A program made the position numbers and the translations under genes. The notes beneath the pieces are model-generated. The model saw nothing but the letters and a program-made list of their open reading frames with translations, had not been told where the DNA came from and made no database searches. A DNA stretch of 64,000 bases from Neophaeotheca triangularis (lineage: Eukaryota), in assembly GCA_054600435.1 (NCBI GenBank), contig BAAIJX010000024.1, forward strand, positions 186,001 to 250,000, written 5' to 3'. Positions 24,319-36,192 of this stretch are shown in pieces; position 1 is the stretch's first letter, and each line of letters opens with the position of its first letter.

Positions 24319-26976
24319 TCACTCCTCATCCCTATCCGGGCTCAAACTCGGCAGAGGCGGACTAGTAGCCACCCTCGGCCGACTGCGGAAAACACTCGCA
24401 TACTCGGCGCTGGGATCGAAGAGAGTTTGCAGGGGAGTGATGTCCCTCTTTTTCTTCCCCGCAGTCTGAGCGTGTTTGTTAGAAGTTACAGCGGGAGGGG
24501 GAAGGTGGGTTGGAGAGGCGGAGTCTGAGTCTGAGTCTGGTGAAGTGGCTGTGCTTGGCGGGTTTTGGTCGGTTGGTGGGAGGGGGGAGAGCGTGGGATC
24601 AGGGGTTGGGGTTGTTTCTCGTGTTGTCTTGGTGGGAGCTTGCTTGTCGTCTTGGTGTTGAGTGTCCGTCAAGGCTTGAGGCGGTGAGATTGCTGAATTG
24701 TCCGGGTCTGCTGTAGGGGGTGTGGACTCCCGCTCTATGGCATCAAATTGATTGACGGGATGCACTTTCGATGGCTTAGTGTCCCGGTTACTGGCTTTTC
24801 TGCCGTACGAAGGACGAGTGTTCTGGGGCATTTGCGAAATGGAAGCCCGGGTGCGGTCGGCGAGGGAGACGCGGCGAGTTAGAAGCGGGTCGGCTTGTTC
24901 GTCCACGGGAGTGTAGGAGATTGCTGCTGCTTTCTCGAAAGTGACGGGTGCTGAGGACGGCGTGTCTGGGAGGAAACCGTTTGTGTTGGTGTTGTCGCTG
25001 TTGTTGAAGGGGGTCATTGACAAGCGAGCTCTCTCGGCAAGGGAGAGGCGTGTGGATGATGCTGCTGGGGCGGTTTTGGGGGGCGGTAGGGCGGGGATTT
25101 TGAAGATCGCGTCGTAGGGTGTCGGGCGGGCCATTTCATCTGTGGAATTTGGAGAGAACTCTTGACGCTCTTCTGCATCATTTCTAGCGGAGTCAGGCGA
25201 TGCGCTTGGGCTGATCGTCTTTCGACGATCGACACCCAAGCCAACTGCGCTATCGGGCGCGGTCGAACTGTCATGCCAATCAGTCTTACCGCGCTCGTTC
25301 ATCTCCATTGGAGTTCCTCGCAGCTGCTCTTCAGGCGATCCAGTCAAACTACCAGACGCAGCCGACGATGCGGATCCGGGGGACTCGACGACCACACTCT
25401 TTCTGCCAGCTTTCAACGGAGAGAATATCTCGCTCTTGAGTGGAATAGGCCCTTTCGCCGAGATTACTCTCGGCTGTTTCCAGCTTTTACTTCGCGAAGA
25501 CTGTCTACCGCCCATCCCAGGCCGCATAGGGTGTCCGGGGCTTTGTGGCAGGAGGTCGTGAGGGCTGGATGTCTCTGGCGAGGCGCCTGGAAAAGCGTCT
25601 TCGTTGGGCGTGAGGCCGCGCGACAGGCCTTGCGTAGTTTGCGATCGTTGGTGGAGGGATGGGCGAAGAGGTGCGGTAGAGGTCTGGCGAGTAGTCGAGG
25701 CCTTTCTAAGGTCCTCGCGCATTCGCGTTAAGATGTCGTCGTATTGAGTTGCGCTTGTTGTTTGTGGCGAATGTGCTGTCGGAGATGTTTTTGCTGTTGG
25801 AGACGTTTGTGTTGTTGGCGATGGGAGTGTCATCGAAGGCTGATCCGTTTGAAGGGTCAGACTGCGATGGTGTTGAAAGCGCAATCTTGGGTTGGCTGTC
25901 TCTGACGCTGCTTTGGATGGCGACTCTGAAGGTTTCGAAGCTAGGAGTCTGTCATGATACCTTTGCCATCGCTGCAGCCTCGCATTCTGATCATTGCTTT
26001 GGTTTTTTAGATTCTCCAACTTGCCAAGTCGTGATTCCGAGTCACGAGCTTCTGGCTCGCCAGTGCGAGATTGCCATAGCTGCTCGAATGATTGTCGGAC
26101 TACTTCGTCCCCAGCCGCAGATCCATCCCCATGTAAGACTGCATTCTTGAAATCATCATTACCAACCCAATTGTTCTGCAGATCCTCCTCAAGAGCCTTT
26201 AACTCCCCACTCCCTTCCGTCTCCCCCCGTCTCTCCTCCAGCCTCTCCCTTCTCCCCGCCAACTCCTCACCCTTCGCCTCCAAAATCTCCTCCACCCCAA
26301 CCGCAAGCCCCTCTTTCTCCTTTCTCTCCCGCAAAACCCTCCCCAGCCCAGCCTTGTGCGCCAAAACCAGCGGCTCCACCAACTCCCCCTCCCGTTTCTC
26401 CCTGTTCTCCCCAGTCCCAAGTCTTTCCGCGACACAAGGTCGTCCATACCGCATCCTCCCCTCCCTTACAACTTTTCCAAGCACCACATGCGAAAAGGCC
26501 AGACACACCTCCCAGAGCCGCGTCCCCGTGCACTCATCCAGCATACTCTTGCGCAAAACCACTTCCCTCCCCAACACCCCTGCTTTGCGCAAACTCTCCA
26601 GACATCGGAACAAGGCCGCGCGCAAATTGACGCTCTGAACGGGCTCGAGGGGCGGGAAGAAGGGGCGCAGTTTCTCCACGGTTAAGGTGTGGTCGTAGAG
26701 GCGGAAGAGTTGGTAGAGGGACCATTCTGTGCTGGTAAGACGGGTGCGGGTCGCGTGGCCGGTTTGTGGGAGAAAGTGCGAGGTTACGATGTGCGGCCAG
26801 TCTGGGAGGAGATCGAGATTCAGGAGGCGGAGGTCCGTTAAGTAGAGGTTTACGAGGGCGGTTTCGTCTGCTTTTGCTGTGGTGGTGGTGGTGGTGGTGG
26901 TGATAGGCTTAGAGGAGGTACGTTTGTGGCCTTGGTGGGCGGGCTTGGAGGCTGAAATTGACTTGGGGCGATCCAT
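24319..26976 (-). CDS. HAUS6: HAUS/augmin complex subunit 6-like protein
   Basis: N-terminal LRLLNLDLLPDWP...EWSLYQLFRLYD...KLRPFFPPLEPVQSVNLRAALFRCLE.L.K.GVLGRE.VLRKSMLDEC matches the fungal HAUS6_N pattern; long low-complexity tail. Confidence 0.8.
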   Translation of the reverse strand: MDRPKSISASKPAHQGHKRTSSKPITTTTTTTTAKADETALVNLYLTDLRLLNLDLLPDWPHIVTSHFLPQTGHATRTRLTSTEWSLYQLFRLYDHTLTVEKLRPFFPPLEPVQSVNLRAALFRCLESLRKAGVLGREVVLRKSMLDECTGTRLWEVCLAFSHVVLGKVVREGRMRYGRPCVAERLGTGENREKREGELVEPLVLAHKAGLGRVLRERKEKEGLAVGVEEILEAKGEELAGRRERLEERRGETEGSGELKALEEDLQNNWVGNDDFKNAVLHGDGSAAGDEVVRQSFEQLWQSRTGEPEARDSESRLGKLENLKNQSNDQNARLQRWQRYHDRLLASKPSESPSKAASETANPRLRFQHHRSLTLQTDQPSMTLPSPTTQTSPTAKTSPTAHSPQTTSATQYDDILTRMREDLRKASTTRQTSTAPLRPSLHQRSQTTQGLSRGLTPNEDAFPGASPETSSPHDLLPQSPGHPMRPGMGGRQSSRSKSWKQPRVISAKGPIPLKSEIFSPLKAGRKSVVVESPGSASSAASGSLTGSPEEQLRGTPMEMNERGKTDWHDSSTAPDSAVGLGVDRRKTISPSASPDSARNDAEERQEFSPNSTDEMARPTPYDAIFKIPALPPPKTAPAASSTRLSLAERARLSMTPFNNSDNTNTNGFLPDTPSSAPVTFEKAAAISYTPVDEQADPLLTRRVSLADRTRASISQMPQNTRPSYGRKASNRDTKPSKVHPVNQFDAIERESTPPTADPDNSAISPPQALTDTQHQDDKQAPTKTTRETTPTPDPTLSPLPPTDQNPPSTATSPDSDSDSASPTHLPPPAVTSNKHAQTAGKKKRDITPLQTLFDPSAEYASVFRSRPRVATSPPLPSLSPDRDEE

Positions 26977-27388
26977 GTTTAAGTTGCAGTCCTACTTGTC
27001 CATTGCATTGGTGTATTAGATATGTACAGCTATATTTTACATCAAAGGTGGAAATAAGGTACAACAGTTTAGGTTATGCGGTGTAGCAACGCATGTCAAC
27101 AAAGCCGACCCCACGCTTGACTTGACGACCGGGATGCTTCTTTGGCCTTTATCTTATCGTGTCTTATCACAGGCAATGCAATACTACACAGGCAGCCGTA
27201 CCTATCACCGCTTGCTCTTTGGTCAGTAACAACAGGCAGAGACAAACAAACGCGACCAGCAAGCATTGCGCGCATACTTACACATAAAAGCCTGAGCTGT
27301 AACTCTTGAACCAAAGCGGAGCAAAACCCAACCCATCATCCTCAGCCCACCCAAAAAAGAACATTCAACTGCTACCCACCTACCCAAC

Positions 27389-28391
27389 ATGTCACCCAGC
27401 GCAGTGCAAACCAACGACTCCCCGAGTGAGTATAGCCTCACACCAAACAATCTCCACCCGAATCCAAGCTAACCCACCCACAGAACCAAACTCAGGCATC
27501 TTAACCCCGACCCAAGCCGACGCAACCGAAAACCAATGGACGCCAGAAACAGGTAAACCTCCTTCCCCTACCTCCTCTCCCATTGGACCCACCAACCAAC
27601 CCCAACCAAAAACCCCAAACTAACACATCAAGAAAACAGTCCTCTCAACCCTCCCCCACCGCCCCCAATCCCACACCACCAGCCCCATCCCCTTCTTCCA
27701 CCTCCTCTCGCGCCTCAAAACCACCAAGCGCGAAGGCTGGCGCCGCTTCGCCATAACCCACGGCGAAAGCATCGCGGACCACATGTACCGCATGTCCATG
27801 ATCACGATGCTGTGCCCCACGACGCTGGCTTCGAAACTGGACTTGCACAAGTGCACGAAAATGGCCCTGGTTCACGATCTGGCCGAGGCGTTGGTGGGGG
27901 ATATCACGCCCGTGGATGGGGTTGCGAAGAGCGAGAAGAGCCGGCGGGAGGAGGGGACGATGGAGTTTGTGTGTCGGGAGTTGCTTGGGGAAGTTGAGGG
28001 CGGGGTTGTGGGGAGGGAGTTGAGGGCTTTGTGGCAGGAGTATGAGGATGGGGTGACTTTGGAGAGTTGTTTTGTGCATGATGTGGATAAGATTGAGTTG
28101 TTGTTGCAGATGGTCGAGTATGAGCGGGTTTATGAGGGGGAGTTGGATTTGGGCGAGTTTTCGAGAGTCGCGGGTAGGGTTGGGTTGGAGGAGGTGAGGG
28201 TTTGGGCTGCGGAGGTGCTGGAGGAGAGGAGGGTTTTCTGGGATGCCAAGGGGGTTGTGCCCAAGGGGGAGCAAGATGTTGGAGATAAGAGGAAGAGGCA
28301 GCAGGATGAGTATTATCAGGGTGCTGCTGGGGGTGAGGGTGAGGGTGATGGTGTGAGTGGGAAAGGCGTCAAGGAGGCTAAGGCGAGCTGA
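27389..28391 (+). CDS. HDDC2: HD-domain 5'-deoxynucleotidase (HDDC2/Ygk1-like); introns 27426-27483 and 27553-27639
   Basis: Spliced model gives FFHLLSRLKTTKREGWRRF..ESIADHMYRMS..KMALVHDLAEALVGDITP..EYE..FVHDVDKIELLLQ. Confidence 0.88.
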
Positions 28392-30816
28392 GGAATTGTG
28401 ACTGGGCTCGCTACCTACTGTTGGAAACACGGAATCTCGAGGAGATGAGATTACGGTTCTTCGAGGAAAGACTCGGCGACCTCGACTACGAAAGAGCGAA
28501 CCACATTACCCCTACCGGCTCTAGATGTGTCAAGCCATCTGCCCTTCCTTGCGAGCCTTACTGCATCTTGCAACCGCGCATTTGAGCACCGAAATGTTCA
28601 AAGCAGAGCGGTAGATCGATAAACTCTTTCTAGAACCCTAGAAGACAACCTCACGATAGGATATCCCAAAATTACAGTCCATCTTACCTCACAATGTCAG
28701 TCAGACCTACGTAGTCAAGGGGAATAAAAGCGCGCATTCCCTTACATGTATGTATATTGGTTTTCATACCTTCGCCCTTGGCTAAATTCTAGATAGCACG
28801 ACGAAACGCCCACCTTTCCGAGGGTGAGGAGAGCAGCGAGAGCGTGAAAACCATAGACACCTTTCACACAAGGTGCTTGGACAAAAAGGGAGCGATGGGA
28901 AAGTCCCCTCTCTTCCTGGCCAATAATAAATTCTTCCAAAGCTATCGACTGCTCGCAACGCCACTAGGCATTTCGACGATCGTCTCGAGCCTTAAGCAGG
29001 TTTTCTTTTTCCTATTCCCTTTGTTTTTTCCTTTTTTTTTTTTTTTTGGATCGTGAAGCTTCCCTTTTCCGAGCAAGCAAGCAAACAAGCAGTTTTACCA
29101 ACCTTTCTCTGTCAACACCCGACGTGGGTGTGGGCTTCAGCTGCTCGTCCAGGGTCTAGGGTTTTGTGTGGCTGGAGAGATAGAGAGTTTACCACGGACC
29201 GCAGCGAGGGTTAGGTTCATGGCAAGTTTGGGGGCGCTTGTTAGGGTTTGGGTTTTGAGTTCAAGGGGTAGTTGTCAGGAGCCAATTGGTCGGTACAGTA
29301 CGCGCTATATCAGATTATTTGAAAGATGGGCGCTTGCGGACGACATGTTGCTATGCTGAGGGCTTGCTTTGAGGGCTGTTTTGCCTTGGTTGGGGTGATT
29401 TGGCGTCTCTACTTCGTCGCTGAAGCTCGGGGGCTGCTGCGACTGTTTGCTAGCTGGAGTTGCTGTCGAGGCAATGATGCGGCGGGACTTGGATCCCGTT
29501 CCGACTCGCACCATGGCTTTGTCTGGGTAGATATTTGACGCCACGGCGTAGATTTTCCTTGCCCTGAGGGCTTGATCGACGGCTTCTGCGTTCAGATATT
29601 GGAACTGATCGCCGGCCTGGCTGGGCAGGGCTCCACTTGCTGTTCCTTATTCTTGTTAGATCTGAGATTAGGGCACCGAGTTGTGTTGTTAGCGCGGTCA
29701 CGGCGGTCGATCACGACAGCAGGTAGCTGGAAGGGTCCCGGTCTGCCTGGAAGGGCTACGAAGGAAAGAGGAGAGAGCTTGACGAGGTCTAGCCAGATTT
29801 GGTGGTTCCGCGACCGAGGTCTGTGACGAGTACTGTACATAAGTGGGAGATGAGACGCCCAAGACCGCGTGTCGGGTGTCGCCTGCTGGGCATGGAAGGA
29901 TGAGTGAGCAATGAGTGAGGCTGATCATCCGCGTGCAGGAGACTTGCATTTGGGCATCTGACAGGCGAGCTTTTTTTGTCCCCGCGAGCCAATGTAGTCT
30001 GGCGAACATCATTGACTATTGGTGCTAACAGCCCGAGTCATGAGCTTACCGAGAGGGTGAGAGGAGTGCATGAAGAAGCAATCTCAGCTGAGGAGCCTCA
30101 TGATCGTCGAGGGAGAGGCGCGGCAAGCGAGGCAGCGAATGAGGCATATTGTCGTCGTCTCTGTCATCTCCTGTACTCCGAGATCGGGAGGCGTAGCTGT
30201 ATTTCTAGAGGCAATGCGTGTGTCGATGATGTGAGTGGTTCGCAATTCGAGACATGTCATGCTTTCCCCGCTTCGACTCCATGTAGTAGAAGCGGCTGAA
30301 GTGTAGAGGTGTGCAGATTGACCCATCCACCCGGGACCCATGCATGCTTGGCTTGGACGAAGAGGGTAGTTGCAATACTTACCTTACGGTAAAACAGGAG
30401 GGACAACCAAGTGTGCGTCTTTCTCTGCCGATTGACGATGCTTGTAGAAGTGGCGGCATCCTTGTCGTTGCTCGATACGCGTCTTCGGTTGGCCGACCCG
30501 GCTGCCAATCATGTACGCTATATACCTTTAGATATGGCGGGAACATGGATGTCGTAATGGTGTAGATGAGCCAGAAGGGAAACGGAGTAGTAGTACAGAG
30601 TAAGTACTAAGGTACTTAACCGTGGCTGTCAATCATCACGTGGTCAATGCCCGTCAAACTCAAGGTTGGAAGGTTGTTGGCGTGCAAAGGCCCGCCGCTC
30701 GGCTCGCTCAAGCCGGCTGGGAGAGGCGGCTCGGGAGCGTACCCAACCTAGGTACAGTGTGGGGCATCAGAACGAGGCCCTTCTTTCGTCTGGACTGGAC
30801 CCCTCCCAGATTTTAT

Positions 30817-30860
30817 GATCATCATCACCATCACCACCACCACCACCACCCACAACCACC
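30817..30860. repeat. (CAT/CAC)n microsatellite in the long upstream region of the C2H2 TF
   Basis: gatcatcatcaccatcaccaccaccaccaccacc read directly. Confidence 0.85.
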
Positions 30861-31475
30861 TCATCTTCCATGACTTCCATCGACCCCCTCATCCACATTT
30901 TTGGGCGCACGCTTCGTTGAATCGGCCTCAGATACCACCTACAGTAACAAAAGCCCCGTCTGTAGCTTCTACAATGTCTTTGCGCTAGGTATCTATAGTA
31001 CTGGACGGTACCCTGGTCCCTGATACCTCGCTGCACCCCACCTCCTCCTGCATTTCCCCTACTACCTGGTCTGCTCCTGTCCCACTCGCGTCACTGTCTC
31101 ATCTTGTGTCCTAGCTCTAGCTACTACCTACCTAATCATCGTCACCCGACTATCTACCTTACAGCGTGCCTTGCTAGCCTATTTCCTCACCGTCCGCGAA
31201 ACACCCTCGACTATTACAGCGAGGAGGCATCGGGATATCGTCTTCCTCTCTGTCTGCTCTGGATCAAGTCACGCGGAGAGCTTCCACCGTGTCTCTTGTC
31301 CTCCAGGCGCGACATCTGTGGACAATGCTGACGAAACAAGCTGGTTGGCCAGGTACATACTGCTTCCAGCCCGTCGCCGACCACCACACCAACCCGGACT
31401 AAGAGAACCAAGGAACTCAACTTCCAATATCGAAAGAGTGTGTGCTCGATAAAAGCCGCCTTGGGTGCCGTCACC

Positions 31476-34400
31476 ATGGGCGACGTGCCACCCCCTATCG
31501 ATCAAGAACTGCCAGAGCCAGAGCCTCATAGCGAGGATCTGGATGCTGAGCATGAAGTTGATGGGATTGTTGACGCAAAGCCAAAGAAGAAGAGGAGGAT
31601 ATTCAAGAATGCAGACAAGAAATATGAGTGTCCAGACCCAGAGTGTACAAAGAGCTACTCGAGGGCAGAACATCTATATCGACATCAATTGAACCGTTAG
31701 TCTATCGTCTACAGATCCGGCTTTTTACGTGGCTTTATGCTGGCAAATGGTCGAGACTGACGTGCTTACAGACCAACCCAAGCGAATATACAGATGCGAC
31801 TTTCCATCTTGTTCCCGAAGCTTCGTACGCGCCGATCTCTGCGCCAGACACAGGGACCGCCACACAGCAAAGGGATCACATCTTCAGCGAAAGGATGCTT
31901 TCAAGCTCAATGGTCATCAATCCACACCACATGTTTCCAGCGCTATTTCCCCTCCAAGGAGGACTAGTACTCTCAGCGACTCGCCTGTCGAAATAAGCCA
32001 TGCCTTTGTACGATCGTCCGATATAGACCCCGGGGCGACTGCGACTAGTATTGATACTCGGAAGACTTCTACAACCTCGTCTGATCGCTACAAGGTTGAG
32101 CCTCCCTCCAGTCATAGCGCTTTTGAGATGAGTGGTGCTGGAATGGTTGACCCTCAGCTCTCCCATGGCGTCGGCTACAACAATTATGGAAGCTTTTCAA
32201 ATGGGAATCAATATTCTCCGTACAACGGTAGTGGCTCTTTGATGTCCGATCGGAGATTCAGCTATGATGGTGGTTACCGTCAACCTCAATCCCATAATGG
32301 ATACAGCTCGGCTCAAACCGTTACGATGAGCACAATGCAGCCACCTCAAATTGCATCGCCATCGTCTATGGGCCCAAGCCTGACAGGTCCAGGATACGCC
32401 TCTTCATCCCCTAGCCAGAACTTCAAATCACCTCCGGCATTTTCTTCTTCACTTCCATCTCTGCCATCCTTTGGTTTTCCGCAGTCACACGGTCCCTCAA
32501 GCAGCAGTATCCTGTCGAACAGTTTCGTCTCTGCTCCGGGTGTTACGACATTTGATCAAAACTCCGCACCTAATAGCTGCGCAAACAGCTCGGCCGATTT
32601 TACCTCGCTAGACCAGTCAATGTTTGGGTTCGCAATGCCAGTCTTTGGCAACGACGGCTTCAACAGGTCTCCACCTGGCGTGATTAACGAAGACTTTCTG
32701 GCCTCGTTGTTTGGTATTACTCCAATGGACGAGATGGCGGTAGCATCTCCCCCGCCTCTCGAGTCTACGGCAGACAACCAAAGCACTACTTCGACATTAC
32801 CCAGGCTAGAGCCGGAGGAGAGCACATACCAACCCCCGAAGCAAGAACCGTGGGTCAACGCACCTTTCAGTCATGGCCTTGACATCAATATTCGCGAGAG
32901 CACAATCTCTGAATCGAAGCGTCTGCGTTTGCTCGACATCATGACGACTAGATTCAACGACAAAGAATCGGACAAGGATCGCAAGTCGAGGGACGAGATT
33001 TTGGCGGGAGACATGAGCCAGCCAGGCCACGTCTTCAGTTTACACATGCTAAAGACCTACTTCACTAGCTTTTGGGTGCACATCCACCAGCAGATGCCGA
33101 TGCTACATCGTCCCACATTCAACACGGAGACTTGCCCGGATTTGATGCTCTTTGCCATGATTTGCCTGGGCGCAAGCTGCTTGGAACGGAGCCATCCATA
33201 CGAGCTCACGCAGAACTCTGCCGAATTAAGCTTTTTTCTGGCTTACCATGTCCGCTGGGAGATCTTCAAAGACCCAGACTTTAGACCGACCGCGAAGCTC
33301 TGGACATTCCAGACAATGCTTTTCCTCGAGCTGTACGAGAAGATGTATAGCACCAGGTCTCTCCACGAGCGAGCGCACATCCATCACGCAACGACCTTGG
33401 TGGTGATGCGGAGAGGGTCTAGCTTGATAGGGCGTAGTGCTAATGAATCGCCAACTACTGGTCCTGATCCAACTCGTACACCACCAGGTCCAGACGGTTC
33501 GATCAATGCCAGTGGACAGAATACGCCAGATGCGACCTGGAACCGATGGATCACCGCGGAAGCGACCAGACGGACTGCTTTTGCAGCATTTATTATCGAT
33601 TCAACTCACGCAACGCTCTTCGGCCATAGCGCAATCATGTCGCCGCATGATCTCAAACTTCCACTGCCCTGCGACGAAGCTCTTTGGGCTGCCACTAGTA
33701 GCGCCGAAGTCCAACGCGTCGAAGCAAGTCTAGCAGCCAACGGGTTTAAACCAACTTCCTTCCTCGACGGTCTCAAACGCACTCTCAACGGTCAGAAAGT
33801 CCGCACAAACACCTTTGGCCGTGCAATCTTGATGGCAGGTCTTTTAAACATAAGCTGGCACATGAATCAACGCGATCTACAAGTCTCCTCCCTCGGCGCA
33901 CTCAACACTCTCGGTACTGCCATCAAATGGCGTGCCCCTCTAACCCGCGCCTTTGACGCCTGGCGCCGTGACTTTGATGACTCTCTCTCAAACTCCGAAA
34001 CATGGCGCGAAGCCTGCCGCCGCCCCAACGACCGAAGCAGTCTCGAACACCGCGACAGCGTTTTCGAATCTCGCACCTGCTTGCACTCCCTCGCCCATAT
34101 GGCCATGCACGTCGATTTCATCGACTGCACCGTCTTCGCCGGCTCGGAGAAAGCACTCGGCCGCATCGTGACCGACGCCGACCGTGCGGCCGTCCAGCGA
34201 CGAATGCGCGAGTCATGGGCGCCGTCGGCACGAGCTAGGGACGCGGTCTTTTACGCTCTGCGCTTTCTGTGCGACGTGTTGATCCCAGAGGACGAGCAAG
34301 TTTACGTCAACCATGATAGCAGCAGCAATGCGACGACTACGACTACCCAGCGACCCCCACGCCCTCCGACTTTCACCTACTCCGCTCGCTATGATAACCT

Positions 34401-34854
34401 CCTCTCCCGTCCCTGGATCCTGTTTTACGCCACTCTCGTCGTCTGGGCTTATGGCTACGCTTTGGATGGTCCGCTTACCGCCAATCTCAGTAATCGTACC
34501 ACCGACCATGCCACCAAAACCCCTACCAAGACCACCTCCACCAACATAATCACCACCAACCCCTCCAACCAGGCAACAGATCCAACAGCGCTCCTCCCAA
34601 CCATCCAGTCCCAAATCCAAGACATGCAAACCTACCTCCTCCGCCTTGGGGGCGTGGCTTCCCCGGACGATTTGGCGGGTCTCAAGGATAGGAATGCTTG
34701 TTTGGGTTTGTTGTTGCTTGTGCGGGGAGTTTTTGAGCAGCCGAGGTGGGAGCTGTTGCACGAGGCTAGGGAGTTATTGGGGGGGTGTTTTGGGTTGCTT
34801 TTGGGTGGAAGGAAGGGGGGAGGCAAAGGTGACGAATCAGGGGGAGGGGGGTGA
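31476..34854 (+). CDS. Two-finger C2H2 transcription factor with fungal-specific TF domain (Klf1/Zas1-like architecture); intron 31696-31771
   Basis: [25 protein letters not shown] and YRCDFPSCSRSFVRADLCARHRDRH joined across a GTTAGT..CTGAC..CAG intron; YFTSFWVHIHQQMPMLHRPTF and EATRRTAFAAFIID...LPLPCDEALW. Confidence 0.9.
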
Positions 34855-35250
34855 GGAGTGAGGGGTAAAATATCTGCGGCAAAGGGGAAAAGACAGGGCA
34901 AAGAGCTGGGGCAGGCAATGACTAGCGGCGAAAAGGCAAGGCATGATGGGAAAAAATTGAGGACGGTGAGAATAGCGAGTCGGTGGCAGACAAGATGGGA
35001 GCGATGACTCGGCTGAGAAGATCAAGTCGTAGATCCAGGTCGCTAGGAGTCGGGCCGTGGCGTTTTTCTGGGTTTGCTTGGAGAGGCTTTTGTGATACCC
35101 TTTTCGTTTTTTTTGGTTTCTTCTCTTTTTTAGCTTTTATGTTCCTTGCCGTGGTTTTGTTGTTGAAGGTTTGCCGTGTGGGTGGAGGGAGAGGGAGAGG
35201 TGGTTCAAAAGTTAGGGACGGCTTTTTTTTTTCTTACTTTTTCTATTCTT

Positions 35251-35274
35251 GGAATAGGAATAGGAATAGGAATA
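35251..35274. repeat. (GGAATA)4 microsatellite
   Basis: Read directly. Confidence 0.9.
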
Positions 35275-36192
35275 CGATGGAGTGTGGTGCTGGGTTTCCG
35301 ATGGCTGTGGATTTTGTGGGTTTCGAGCAGCGTCTGTACGGTTTGGCTCGAGTTGATCAGTATGGTGTGGTGTGTGTGTTTGGGCACCGTTCTTTGCGGC
35401 GGGGGTTGCGGAGAGTTTGAAGAGGGCTGTGGGGGTATGGTCGGATTGATAAGCGGTTGCTACAAGAGAAGGTATTTTGTGGACCTGGTGGGTTTGGTTT
35501 TAAGATGAGTTGATGTGTTGGGCTTGGAGTTGAGGAGGAAGGTTTGTACGTACGTACTCTTGTATATGGTGTATGGATTGGACATGGTTGTTTGATGATA
35601 CGACGCCAAGGGTCTTGAAGTTTGGCTATTCGAGACCTGTTGACTTCGGCGCAGTTATGTGCTATCCTTTGAAGCAAGAATGTAACGGTCACTTTGCTTT
35701 TACAGCGTCGAAGTCCACCATTCGTCTTACAATTAGCCGACCCATCTACTTGCTGTAGGAACGGGCTAGTGTGTTTAACTTTCCTCGTTGCATTGTCGGA
35801 ATTATGAGTCGCTATCCTTTAGGGACAAAGAGCTCAGACGGTCAAAAATTGGCATTTCGTTCCGATCAAAAAGGGGGAGAGGAGCAGCCAACGCGCTCGT
35901 CTATCTAGATGAGCTAAAGCGGTCAACGACTAGCGCAGCTTGACACCCACCAATGAGAGGCCTACTAAGATTTCCTCGCTTTGAAGGAGGTGACATCCAT
36001 TGACTAGCGCGTCCAGCTTTCCACCAATGAGATCCCTCGGCCTCCCACGACGCGCTCACTTCCATCCCTCCAAAAGCACCTGTAGCAACCCAAGTCCACC
36101 ATCCATCTCACATACCAGTCTGACGCTGACGCTCGTTTTCTCGCACACGCCGGAACTCGATTGTATGTGAAACCCCAATTCCGCAGACAGCC

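Noticed and set aside
27645..28430. 261-aa minus-strand ORF, and similar shadows at 5618-6439, 15535-16332 and 37044-37754
   Set aside because: Antisense shadows of well-supported genes, produced by GC-rich biased codon usage.
30622..30873. ORF with a poly-His tract
   Set aside because: Explained by a CAC/CAT microsatellite; GTG start and no other support.
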